DNA of 63,933 nt, the filler included, from Circinaria calcarea (taxonomy: Eukaryota): NCBI GenBank assembly GCA_051942165.1. It is 8 parts of 8 records of this genome, joined end to end, with 100 filler letters (N's around TTAATTAATTAA, not from the genome) between each part and the next. Parts side by side here need not be neighbours in the genome. Positions count along the whole stretch, not along the records: positions 32,057 to 39,962 come from JAVECS010001220.1; positions 40,063 to 47,965 come from JAVECS010001221.1; 6 more parts are not named here. One strand, 5' to 3'. The notes beneath the pieces are model-generated. The model searched no databases. It saw only the letters and a list, made by a program, of their open reading frames with translations, and was not told the origin of the DNA. How positions within the stretch are numbered: position 1 is the stretch's first letter; the number at the start of each line of letters is the position of its first letter. Positions 35,759 through 48,065 of this stretch are shown here, piece by piece. Both the position numbers and the translations under genes were made by a program.

Positions 35759-36865
35759 GCACTACACCAGGATACAGGTAAGGGGGGACAACTGACAGCA
35801 TCCTGCAAACTCAACCATTAACCACACGACCGGTCCAAAAATGCTTTGAGCTCTCCAGAATATCAAAATTAGTGTCAGCTAACCACTCAATGTACAAGGC
35901 GATGACTTATCCGGTATAGAAAGGGGCCTCATTATCTGATCAAATGCTATTCAAATTTGTGTACCAAGTAATCGTATGTTACTAACCCCAAAAGCTCATT
36001 GCGGATTCTAATGTAAGTTGTCAAGATTGTAAAGAAGCCAAGTTGTCCATGAGAGCAGATATAGACTATCATTCGTCTTCTCATGTGCGAGTCGGATCGA
36101 TTGGATGAGAAGCGAAGATGATGAAACTTGAGCGTGTTCGCCAGACTATGTACCCGGTCGAATTCTGAAACTCCAGCCATACTCGACTCAAGCGCATGAG
36201 CAAAACGCGAGCCGACCAGGTAATGCCTTAAATGCCTGCGACATTCACGTTGGTCCAATAGATACCGTACATACCAGGCTGGTTGACGATCGGTCCATGC
36301 AAGTAATCTCATGTTTAGGTTGACGCCTTCCTCCTTCTGTCGTTTTTCTTATTCAACCGTGCTTTTATGCGCCATACACCATCTATTTCTCTATGCGTTC
36401 CTTCTGCGCTGCTAGGTTGGTTCTGTTCTACACAGCTTACCCAAGTCACTTGTTATGACTTGTGTCGTTCTTTCCACAAGCCGTCACTGGTTGACACCTG
36501 CATTTCTTGCTTAAACATCCTCAACCAATCCGATTGTCGATAGCACGAGGATCATTTTCATGCTCATCGCGATACCCAAGTACCCTTGACCTATCAATGA
36601 ATCACCAGCTCGAGTCTCTAGGTTGGGTGGGACCGGATATCTAACCTTGATCGGAAAGGAGATAAAACACGGTCTTCAAGGTCGCGGCCTTGGGAGAGGG
36701 CTATAGTCGCGTCGGCACAACGCGTTGACTTAGTTTGTGTATTATTTGTCGATACTTAGAGATGTTCGTTGTCTCTCTTCCTTCTTGTTGCTCTGTGCAT
36801 CAAGCTTCATTAGTCAATACTGCTTTGCGGTGTCCAGTATATCTTACCATCTGGATCTTTAGAAC

Positions 36866-38021
36866 ATGCACCATTCCATGATGAAACGACCATGGCTGTC
36901 TCCAAACTCAACGTCCGAGGATTTTCGATCTGAAAATCGCAGAGGGTTTTCCCATTTTTTCCACGGGAGTTCGACCCTTGAGTCTGAGCAGCATAGAGGC
37001 CGACGCATACGGTCTCGTAAAGGGTCTCGGCTTGCCTTAGAACGGCATCCTCTCAATGGCAACCTTCGGGTTTGCTACCAAAAAGCTAGAGTGTCTGTAC
37101 TTAGGTCCCCGTCGTCTACCCGGTCCGTGATAGATCCAAGCGCTTCTTCTGCACATGGCACGAGTCCGCTATCAGGCATAACCTTCGAATACCCCCAGCA
37201 GACGTGTTCTAGCATTATATTAGGACGTATGGCGGGATCTCCCAATCCACGAGGATTAGTGACGCACTCAAGGCCGCAAAGTGGCCCTAATTCTACTACT
37301 GGACCTATCTGGCCATCGAGGGGAAAATCGAGTCGAACTCGCACTCTGCGTTCCAGAACCAAGGCGATCCGGAAACGAGTCTTACTTTGTGGCGTGTTTG
37401 GAAATATGCTTGCGCTGATATTGACTGTTTGTATGAAATGATGACCGCTGCTTGGCTTGGTTGACTCTTACTAATCCATTTTTCAGATCTCGCGCTCGCG
37501 TTATCGAACTCTATTTCAGGCCAAGAAGTTCATATTGTGTTCATTCTCATTACCCTTGCCCTTACGGTGGCCTTCTGCCATTCGCTCATACGCCTCTGTA
37601 TGGTGGCAAGACGACGTCGATCACGCAACCATACTTTGGAAGTATCGGATTCTGCGCCTGTAGATGTTCAGGGATATGCGGAGCTAATACAGCCCATCCG
37701 AGTTGCATTGGCCGATGATGAAGAGTTGGGTTACGCTGGAGGGGAGGTAGATTCAGAGGAGGAATTGGCTCTTCCCCCACCGGTTTATGGTCTTTGGCGA
37801 GGGAGTGTGGTAGGTTAGCAGGAAATTGCAAGTGGAATCGAGCTAATAAGTCATTATAGCGGGCTGACCCAGCACTGCTGTATTGGCAGCGTTCAGATAC
37901 ATCTCAACACAACGAAAACGGAATGGCAGACGGCATCAATCGGCCCCCAAGTTACATATCCGATGAGGGATCAGCATTCGAGGAAGCAGATTATCATCCA
38001 ACCACCGCCTCTAATGTGTAG
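36866..38021 (+). CDS. Conserved-type fungal 2-TM membrane protein with PPxY motifs; 2 introns
   Basis: ORF 36866-37441 spliced to a second hydrophobic helix, then PPPVYGLWRGSV/RADPALLYWQR..RPPSYISD, TAG at 38019-21. Confidence 0.65.
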
Positions 38022-38499
38022 GTTAGCGCCCTTGACGGTAGATGTTATACGTAACTCGCTGCTTCTTAAAGTTTTACTAACTGCCATGCGACCTTGGTGT
38101 ACGAGGTCTGTTTACGGTGAAGAGGAAGGTGTTGTACATTGGCAACAGCTATGAACGGCCAAGAAAGCTCTTGGACGAATCTGGAAAGCCTTCATAGAAG
38201 ACACTGTACATTCACCTTCAATGAACAAAGCAGACAAAATGACATAACCATGTATATTCCCAAAGATGGCTTTTTTTTTAAAAAAACCACCCCCCCCCAT
38301 CTATACATTCTTAAGTTGTGACTGAAATAATAAATCTGGACACTGCGAAAGACGGCCATCCTGCACCATATTTCGCCTTGATCTTGATATACTTTGTCGT
38401 ATAATTTAGTGAGTTAAAGCGCTTAAAGTAGTTCGCTCTGGTAGATCTATGTAGATTTGATAACTATCTACCACAGAAAATAGGTAAAAATTCTACATC

Positions 38500-39558
38500 A
38501 TGACCGATTCCATGAGTATGATTCCATTGCGAATATCAGACTACCATGTTCTGCCAATATCCCTACCTCCTCTAAGTAGCTTTCCCACACCAGCGACGCA
38601 TTACCTGTACCTCCGTCCAGACGAACCAAAAATTCCCAATCATGCAACACCCCGCTCACTGTTCCTAGTGAATGTTCCCTTTGACGCTACAGTTGCGCAT
38701 ATTAAAGGTCTTTTCTCGAAACAACTGGAGCTACCTGCCGGGCGGATCGAAGATGTCCAGTTTGAATATTCAAGGCGACGGCTGGCCAGTACTCAGGATG
38801 ATATCTCAGCAATCAATGAAGCTTCGATTGGGAAGAGTGGGAAGAGTAGAAAGAGGAAGAGAACGGCAGAGGAGAAGAGTCCCGAGGAGCTAGAAAGTGC
38901 GCGGTTGCCGGCTACATGGGACCGGGAGCTACATAAAAGTGGAAGTACCGCGGTTGCCATTTTTGTGGATCGAGTGAGCATGGAAGCGGCCATCAAGGCT
39001 GTAAAAAGGGCCAGGAAACAACAGACGATAGTTACATGGGGCGAGGGGTTAGAAGAGAAGGTACCTTCGTTGGGTTCTGCCCGTATGCTGTCCATCCAGG
39101 GTATCGGAAGTACGATTGACTAACCCTCCGACAGGATATCTCAACCATCATCGTCTGCGCTATCCTGATAAAACTGAAATGTTAGAATCAGTCAACAGTT
39201 ATATGACTGCCTACGCCGCGCAGGAGGCATCTCGGGCTCGTGCTTTAGCTCGACAGCGGCAGGAGCCAGATGAAGATGGCTTCATCACTGTGACTCGTGG
39301 TGGCAGGACCGGGCCGGCGAGGCAAGAAGAAGCCCAAGAACTGGCAGAGAAGCAGAGAGAGAAGCAAAAGGGGCTAGAAGACTTTTACAGATTTCAGACT
39401 AGGGAGAAGAGGAAGGAAAGGGCTGGGGAGTTAATCAAAAGGTTTGAAGAAGATAAGGAAAAGATCAGAAAGATGAAGGAAAAGAGAGGAAGATTCAAGG
39501 TAAGGCTCACCTGCCATACGAGGAGAAGGGATGGCTAACACGACATTAGCCGGAATAA
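38500..39558 (+). CDS. RRP7: Ribosomal RNA-processing protein 7; 2 introns
   Basis: HYLYLRP..RSLFLVNVPFDAT (RRM-like) and PDEDGFITVTRGGR..LEDFYRFQTREKRK..FEEDK..GRFK/PE*. Confidence 0.9.
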
Positions 39559-39962
39559 GCAGGGTGAAAGCTTGACAAAATGGAAACGGCCCTTTAGCAG
39601 TGGTCGGATAGGCATGATACCGAGCTCAACGTTAGTTCCTATAACGACATAGCACTTCATTGTGTCCTCAGATACCTCGCGAGAGACGGAAAAACTTAAA
39701 TGTCTTGTAGGTATAACTTTCACTATATATAAATTCATAAATCCTCCTTATATCGTCTGATGAGTCCGCTGGGGCCATAGTAGCTTGATTCCTCAATATC
39801 GAATCCTAGCAATGTCTTTACACACCAGCTCTATATTAATCTTCTCAATCTCTGACCACTCTGTTCTACGCGCTGCTTACTACATTTACGAGACATCTGA
39901 CGGTGTTAAAAGCTTACTTCAGATATGATAGAGGCTAGGTCTTGCCAGGTTCGCATACCGCA

Positions 39963-40062
39963 NNNNNNNNNNNNNNNNNNNNNNNNNNNNNNNNNNNNNN
40001 NNNNNNTTAATTAATTAANNNNNNNNNNNNNNNNNNNNNNNNNNNNNNNNNNNNNNNNNNNN
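39963..40062. other. Artificial contig linker
   Basis: N44-TTAATTAATTAA-N44. Confidence 0.98.
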
Positions 40063-42560
40063 TGGCGACCGATAGAAACCTTCAGACAGGACGTGTCTGC
40101 GATGATGAGTTGCTTGTCTGGACTGGAGAGAAGGTTGGACTTTTAGGTTTCAAAAGCAAGCCGGAATTTGGAGAAGACGACTGGGAAGCAAAGGCCGCAA
40201 GCGCGGAAGAGGACACGAAGATCAGGGAAGAACGGATTTACGGTGAGACCATGAGGAGGGCGCTGGAGAGACAGGCCAATGACGTGAGGTTTGTGAGGGC
40301 ACTTGGCCTCGGTAGGTGAGGTGCGGAAATGGCGTATCTTGAGGTCTCCGATTTAAGATACTACGATGCGTTTGCAGAGCCTGGGGATTGGAAATAGACG
40401 TAGGGGTATCTCCGCAGCATTGTTTATTATCAGTCTTCAAATTTCAAGTACAGATGTTGGCTTTCAAGATAGAGGACGTTTCCCAAATCACGACTATCTG
40501 ATCCTACCAGTATTTGCTACTGGAAATGTTTCAAAGACCTTCCTCTACGAAAATATCTTTAAAGTGCGGGACGGGCGCGGCCTTCTTTTTTTGCCGTTGC
40601 TCCTTTCTTGGCCTGGCTGGCTCTGTCCTGTCGTCGCGGTTGTTTTAGACTGGGACGGCGATATCCGCGTTTTTAGCTTTAATTTATTTATTCCGATTCT
40701 CGCGCTCGGCCAAGTGTCAGTTGCTCTCGTTTTGGACTGGTTATAGACGTGGGAATAGTTGGAATTGTAAGGCCGTAGAGTTCTTTACTTGAAAAGTATC
40801 TAAGGCTAAGGTATGTGGTAATGTGAGGCACGAGCAATACGATGGCTATACGCAGTATGTGCGAGAACTAATCATTACAGAGAAGAAGTGTGCCAGCGAA
40901 AGGTTTTCACTATGCGCCAAGACGCCAGTTAAACGAGGTATCGCCACCCCCTAAGCGTAGAGCCTGACAGGAATTTAGATATTCTTTGTTAAAACTTATT
41001 CCGAGTCGAATGGTTTTATCTTGGTTAATGCCTTTACTCTTTTCGTCCTCTGCAGTTTCTTTTCATTCGGTCGGACGGAGTTCTAATAGAAATATTATCG
41101 AGGCTTTTCTTATCGCTAATTAGCGCGACTCATTAGGGTGATACGATTCTTTCAATTGCTCCAAAAGGTGCCGGAATGCCAACCAGCAGCTAAATGAAGT
41201 GGGGAGCCTGTACACTTTATTGCTCGGATCTGTATTGATATAATTACAGACCGCAGACACCATGCACAGTTGGTGATCTCTCAAATAGATACCGTCCTCA
41301 AGATTACATAACTACCCCTTATCCCCTTCCTCCACCGGACACCCACCAAGGTGGGCCCAAACATCCTCCAATGAAAGAAACCGAGCCAACGAAAAGTAAA
41401 CGAGCGTTAGTCACGTTCTCTTGATCTAAAGGCGCCGGAAGGTTTAATATATGACCCACGGCCGTCAATTGCACTGTCATTTCATCGCAGACCTCCAAAG
41501 CCGCCGGCACATTAACAGAAGCGGCAGAGGAGGCGACGGAGGCGGCAGCAAGAATGATAAAGAGGCGGAGGCGGCAGAGGAGGCGGTGTGGATCGGATCT
41601 CGTGGGGTGGTTCGCGGCAAAACCAAACTCTGCTTTTTCGACCTTCCGCTCCCACTTCAATAACTCCTATCCAGAATCTCCGAGGATCAGGGTGCAGCAA
41701 CTCGCCGTCCTCATCCAACTCCTCTTTAGAACCACGCTTCGTAGCTTGGTTCGGATTTTATTCGTCATTACGCTTTTGAAGAAAAGTTGTCTTTTCCTGG
41801 CCATCATTTTTCCAAACGCCTGCGTATGTTAGCGAGAAGAGTCACGCATCAACAGAGGATAGGAGTTCCTGCATTACATACCTCGTATGCTATGCCTGCG
41901 CTCACGGCGTTATCTGAATAAATCGCCACTTTCCTTTCTTTTCCGTTCTTATCCGCAGGCAGCGACCTAATCGTTTTTAAATATAATTTAGAAGCGCGGG
42001 GATGTTCGTATTAATCGGTCGATGTTTGCCGTATCAGCGTTTTCTTAAATGAAGTTCGCATTCCCTCGGTCTCTTAAAATTATTCAAGGTAAGCGTGATT
42101 TTTTTTCGCTCGCTATACTATTATGTGCCTTAACGCTCTTAAGTACTCGATGAAATAGAATAATGATGATACGGTGGACAGCGTCCTCCCTGCTTTCTGC
42201 TTACTATTTAACTTAGTTATTAAGATATATATATTCTGTGTAAGTGTTCTGCGTTGAGCTCCGCAACTATATCTTTGTAGTTGGTGAAGAGCGGCGTTTT
42301 TGTTTTTATCACGATCACTGGCGGGACTTGTAGCGCAGGCTTCCTAAATCGTTCCGAATTTTCGTTCCTCCGTATCATGCATGTTTATAGGACCTTTAAT
42401 TCGAAGGTTTGTCTTAATTAAACTATTCTCTCTATATTCGTCACCCTAATCGCCAAGTCGACATTTTTCTGTAGAATCTCTAGTGCGTTTGGTGTCAGAT
42501 GTATATAGGACTCGTTAATATCCCATTATTTTTTATGCATGACGTTAGAATTAACCCCTT
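40063..42560 (-). pseudogene. Decayed gene/element relics with many TA-containing stops
   Basis: Coding-like fragments (e.g. SPRF*II.., ERKVAIYSDNAVSAGIAYE) flanked by intact-looking splice signals near 41821-41880 but broken by stops and frameshifts. Identity unresolved. Confidence 0.3.
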
Positions 42561-42892
42561 AACCCTCCCGATCCATCTTCAAATAGCATCCCAGAAAAAC
42601 CCCATATTTTAGGGCACCAGGACTTGGTTCGCATGTGCTTCAGTCAATTCTTGATACGAATTTTTCCTTGTTGGTACGTTCCTTTCGAATATCTGATATA
42701 GTATGAACCAGAATCTCGGATGGTTTCGTTCCTTTGAACCGGCGTGAACCTGTATACGACAGTAGATTACTTACTGCTGGTTCTGATTTCTTAGGCGTTG
42801 AAGCATTTGACCAGGTGAAAGAACCTTTTCCATCTTCTATCTCTGAAATCACGTGATTGCTGAGAGTATGAAAGCAGACGTCTTTGTTGTCA

Positions 42893-43689
42893 CACTGATT
42901 TGAGGGCCAGGGAATCGTAGAAGGCGAAATCTTCGAGATCTCCGTTTTTCAATTAACCTAAATCAGTAACCGAGTTATATAAAAAGCCGTAATCGTCGAT
43001 GAGATAATGGAAAAATCGCCGATGAGGTAATAGAATAGTATAATATTAGCTTAATTCAGTAAATTAACCCAAGTCAGTAGACGAGTTATGTAAAAGTAGT
43101 AGTCGTCGATAAAATAATAGAAGCGTAGAATGCTGATCTAAATAAGTACGACTGATTTTAGCCTCCGGGCGCCCCAAACCACTTCAATTGGCGATGAGTG
43201 GCGGGTTACGGCGATCCTGGCCCATATTCAACTGAGAAGCTGATGGAGTCAAGTATTCTTCCCAGGCTTTATGATGGCAAGTTACACCCATGAGAAGTGT
43301 ATTCCATCATCAACTTAGCCGGCTGTTCTTCTTGTACGACGATATCAATATCCACCTGTAGACACTTTTTGCAATTTCAACTGCGAATTCAAAAAGCTAC
43401 TATCCTTGCTTTTTTTGTCATTTTATCAACTGTTCTCCATATTATGTCACTGACTTCGGGGTCTTTAAAAGCTTTCACTCGTTAGGGAGCAACGAGTTCG
43501 TTCCAAATAATGCCTCTCCTTTCCTGGTGGATCGGAGACCGAGTATTATATCGTCGCTGCTGCGTTCTTTTCTAGTCAATATATCTTTCTATAGAATTCT
43601 GACGACGGCGTTTGTCCTGCTGTGACGGCTTGCTGCCACTGATTTTGGAGCCAGGGACTCGTAGAAGGCGAAATCTTCGGGATCCCCGT
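42893..43689. repeat. Local direct repeats: 42893-42945 vs 43637-43689 and 42952-43012 vs 43062-43122
   Basis: cactgattt..gccaggga.tcgtagaaggcgaaatcttcg.gatc.ccgt occurs twice; attaacc.aa.tcagta..cgagttat.taaaa..gta.tcgtcgat.a.ataat.gaa occurs twice. Confidence 0.8.
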
Positions 43690-44083
43690 CTCGAACACTG
43701 CACCAGCTAGAACTGCTTAGATGTCTCGTCACATTTCGTAACATGGCTAGAATCTGCAAAACTTTAGCCTTTGAGGATTTTGTTGCGAATACTCAGGCAT
43801 TCGCCATTCAATTTGTTCCAGGTGCTGTTTTGCCTTTGAGTCATGGCCAGAGGTTGTCTGATTGGTTGCTAAAAGGTAGCAATTTGAAAAGGCAGCGGCA
43901 GCCTTTCGAAATCCTTCAAAAAGTAAGGCGTCCGCCTCCTCTTAATCCGCTATATTAAGGGGGGAGATTAAGCTTTCTTCTCCAACACTGCGTTAATTTC
44001 TGAGATGCAAAATGGTCTGGCGACTGATAAAGTTTATAAAAAGGCTGGAGCAAGCGGACCATTTGTAAGATCGGGGGACTTGG

Positions 44084-44422
44084 TCAGCTTATCTCGTACC
44101 AAGATCCCCTCAGTCTTATCGATCCATGGTTGACACGCTTTTCGGACAAACGATATAGGAGAAAACATGGTTTGTCCCTTGGCACCGTCATAGCTAGTAT
44201 GACTTGTATCGGTTTCCCTAGACCCCAATCCTTCGCCATATAGTATCCCCTGATGACGGTCTTCACAAGTCCAGCTCCGCTCCTGCGGTGTTGTTGCTCG
44301 GCACGCGTCAGCGGACGCGGAGCCCCTTGCGGGGTGGTGAACGGCGGAAACGCCACAAACGCAGCCACTGCGCGACCATTCACAAAAAGGTGCCCAGGGT
44401 GATTCATGATATAGGCAGACAT
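44084..44422 (-). CDS. Possible small orphan protein (112 aa)
   Basis: ACAATG start context and an open frame in an otherwise stop-rich region; no recognisable motif. Confidence 0.25.
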   Translation of the reverse strand: MSAYIMNHPGHLFVNGRAVAAFVAFPPFTTPQGAPRPLTRAEQQHRRSGAGLVKTVIRGYYMAKDWGLGKPIQVILAMTVPRDKPCFLLYRLSEKRVNHGSIRLRGSWYEIS

Positions 44423-46140
44423 TGTGTAATATTCGTAAAACAGAACTGATGATGTAGCGGTAAAGGAAGGAAGAAAGAAAGAGTAAAAAGAATGGGTTCA
44501 AATGTTGATGAATAGCCACCTGGTCGGGCCGCTTATTTAAATGTTAGTCCCATTGGGGTAATCAAGCCTATTTGACTAATTAAGCTAAAAGTATCCACTC
44601 GAACCGGATATTGAAACTATGAGTTAAGATGTCACTAGCTGTAGATGTATACTTGGGCGTTGTAAGCGGTTGAAAGCTTTAGCGGCTGCGGGATCTCGCG
44701 AGAACTTGATCGATTGAGTCACTGAGGCGAATTTCGAAGTTTTCTAGGGCTAAGCGGTAGTATCGGTCGGACCCGGTGGTTAGAATATAGGCAGCTCGAA
44801 CCGGGTAAAAAGTAAAAATTCGGGCTTTTCAAGATCAATCCCATCTCCAAAAGTGTTCTTTCTCATGGCTCGCAAAGAACACTTCAATACACTCTTTTAC
44901 TATACTCCGTCTCTGCTACGGTCTCTGCTCCGCAACAGAACCATATGCAGACGTGGTAATGATTGCTCCCAAGCGGTCTAAATCCTAGGATTTTAGCTGC
45001 AGGGCAAGTTCTGGAGCCATCTTAAATCACCTTCGGTCGGCTGCAAATGGTTTGCTAGTGAGTGAGCGAACCATAAATTATCTCCGGCAAGATTTTTTTT
45101 TTTTTTTTTTTTTTGAGTGTTTGGAAATTTCGATCAGCTATTGGAAAGCAAAATGTCTAGATCAAGCGTGTAGTAACCTTCATTAGCAATATAATTATTA
45201 AAAAGGTGATTTCAGGAAGGCAGCATCCCTAGGGCCTAAGTTAACTTGAAGAAGGCATTGATTGAATAAGAGGACAGCGCACTGGCGGATGCTTTCGTTG
45301 GTACATTTACCAAAGTTGATATCTTTCGGCTGTGGTCAAGAAAACGCCCACTCAGCCTGTATCCACAATAGGTACTACCCGGTCTTGCTTAAGGCCCAGG
45401 TGGAAGCTAATACAAATAGAGCAGCTCATATGTAATCACAAGCGAGAGTAGACGCATTCACGATCCGAGGTGATAAGATAATAAAACGAAGAACTGCTGA
45501 TGCAAACCTATAGGAATTCCAGGCTTCCTTTAGCCCTTTTTGTATAACGCGACAGCGGTCCTGCTCTTAAAATACATCCTAGAGAGCCAACTGGTGCAGC
45601 CAGCACTGCAGCGCTCAGCAGGCCACAAAATATAAGTAAGCCACAATGCATATGAGGGAGGCATTCAAATCTCATCCATGGAAGGGTGGTAGGGAAGGTA
45701 TTGGTGGGTTATTGAGAATGGTTCGAGGCTGTGAAATTGGTCCCTTTTTCATGATATACTCGAGTCAATCAGGGGAAGAAGAAGATTTCAAAAGGCAAAA
45801 GAAAGCCGTTGCATAAGATACACTGCTTCTTGCTACCCGAGGGCAATTCCAGCACGGAAGATGCTTTCACCATTACAGCTGAACATTGAGGGTTCAGAGA
45901 CATCTTAAAGCCAGAGATGGTGGGGCAAGAAACAGGTGAATTTCTTGATTGCATTCACTCGAACGCTTGAGCGGTTTGCTATTGATGGGAAATAAAGACG
46001 AAGGAAGAAGGGGAAAAGAGGAATATAACATCTAGCCAACACCACCGATTCTTCGAACAGGGAAGCTTGCAATCTCATTTGTCCACAGGAAATCTGTATA
46101 GCCTCATTGTACAGTCTTTCTGTATGGTGGCCAACTCGTA

Positions 46141-47108
46141 TCATTTCTTTGCTCCTTCGTTCTGCGGTATCTCTATGACCTTGCCATCGATATATAAGTT
46201 CGTCAATATCGGTCCGGGGTACTTCCCTCATGCGTGAATAAACCATTATATCGTGGTGAAAGTTAGGTCGCCAACTAGGATGACAATATTGTAGTTAATT
46301 GTACTGACGGTAGTGGGATATACATATGCTGCGGGACAATCCGTTAGTGAACCCGCTATATTTAGGGATCCTAGTCAATTCATACGAAAGCAGAAGAAGA
46401 TGTTGAAGAAAATTATGAGTAGCACCGTGGTACCTTTAACGAAAAAACCAGCCGAACCCATCCGGAAAGGACCTCGGGGAATATTTTTCCTTCGTGTGAG
46501 GATGTGAGATAGGATAGCTAGGGCGTAGGAGACGGTAGTGAGGATGATGAACGATCCCACAAGGTCGGTAAATGCCGTCTTGCTGCCAAGTCGGATAGCT
46601 GCAAAGTTGCTACACAGGATGGCTGGATCTAAGTTAGCGACGTCTACAAGTACGGTCGAAGACTTACCGCAATGGATAGGAGCAGGTATTGAGTAGCTAG
46701 GCCTTTCGTCAACTTTGGAGAAAAGTCCGGAGAAAGGCGTGGTGTTGTCTCTTGCCAAAGCCCACCAAAGACGACCGACCTATCAAGCATCAGCTCATGT
46801 TCTCATACGCAAGAAGCCACGTACGGTCAGGAAAGTGCCGACAACACAAATCATGGTGGAAAGGAAAAGAATCAGGAGTAAGCCGAATGTGCCACCCTTG
46901 TTTCCTGTGGCCTGAGAATATACTAACTTGTCAAATAGGAAAACACACCAAGTATCCCTAAAGTAATCTGTGCAGCTATAACTCAACGCAAGTCCTGCGA
47001 CGCGTTTGGCAACTCTTCAGACATGTGCATGATAGCGTTAGGTGTCCCAATAGCAAAGGCACCATTGAGCATACTAGCTAGAAAAGAGACACCGCTACTC
47101 CAGTTTGT
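46141..47108 (-). pseudogene. Choline/GABA-type amino-acid permease (APC family) pseudogene, 5'-truncated
   Basis: WSSGVSFLASMLNGAFAIGTPNAIMHMSEELP, QATGNKGGTFGLL, WWALARDNTTPFS, GSKTAFTDLVGSFIILTTVSY, GPFRMG. Frameshifts and stops (TTI*WFIHA*GKYPGP). Confidence 0.8.
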
Positions 47109-47449
47109 ACGCAAGTGTCGGAGTCTGGAACTACAGAACATTTATAACCCTCGAGACTGTAAGAGGATCATCTCATCTGGTCATTATTGAAAGCTTGTTG
47201 AGAAACAATGGACTCAAGTCATGCTCTCTCGGCGTTTCGAGTCTCTCATTCTGACCTAAAGCAGGACATTTCGTTGCAGTAGTCTCGGGAAAGGAAGATA
47301 CCTCACGACATCGCAATGTACTAGGAACGAGTCCCGGGACGTATAGGGAGTTAGAAAAGGTGAGAATGAATTCGGTTTGTGTACAGTGGAAAACAAAACG
47401 CAATATAACCACCACAAGGATATATCCCCCAAACCGTTGCCCCTCCAAA

Positions 47450-47965
47450 CTATCGTCCAAACCGCCTCCTCTCCACGAATCTCAACAGTGTATAACTGCA
47501 GGCGCTGAACCCAAAGGCGAGCGGAAATCCCACATCCCCTCCAAACAACGGATTCCCGATCTTCTTCCCAATGGGACCCACAAACCAAACCTGCGCCATT
47601 CCCATGACGGCGCCGAAGACGCCAAAGCAGAAGGCGAGGATGGCAGCGATGCCGGGGGGCAAAAGGGAAGGGGTGGCGTAGATGGCAAGGTCGTAGCCGC
47701 GGAAGCCGCGCTTGAAGAGGAAATGCTCGGTTAGGGAAACGCCTTCGTAAATGGCGAGCCAGTAGCCCTATGGAGAATATCAGCGGGAGGCTTCGGGGCA
47801 TAATGACGGGAAGGGGTGAAAAGGCGAGATGGGAAGACGTACGATTAGTAGCATGAAGTGTTCCAGCACACTTTCGAATTGATTGTATCCTGGAATGGCA
47901 ATCGCGCAATAGACAAGAGTCCCTACGAACGTCCAGATGAAGCGTGGGACGGATTGCGTCCAGCG
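47450..47965 (-). CDS. Purine-cytosine permease (NCS1, Fcy2/FcyB-like), last two exons; 5' part lost at contig end
   Basis: VPRFIWTFVGTLVY..ESVLEHFMLLI/GYWLAIYEGVSLTEHF..LPPGIAA..MAQVWFVGPIG..GGDVGFPLAF..RFVERRRFGR*. Confidence 0.85.
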
Positions 47966-48065
47966 NNNNNNNNNNNNNNNNNNNNNNNNNNNNNNNNNNN
48001 NNNNNNNNNTTAATTAATTAANNNNNNNNNNNNNNNNNNNNNNNNNNNNNNNNNNNNNNNNNNNN
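47966..48065. other. Artificial contig linker
   Basis: N44-TTAATTAATTAA-N44. Confidence 0.98.

Noticed and set aside
45093..45114. T22 run as a retroelement poly(A) tail
   Set aside because: No adjacent LINE/SINE body or target-site duplication recognised.
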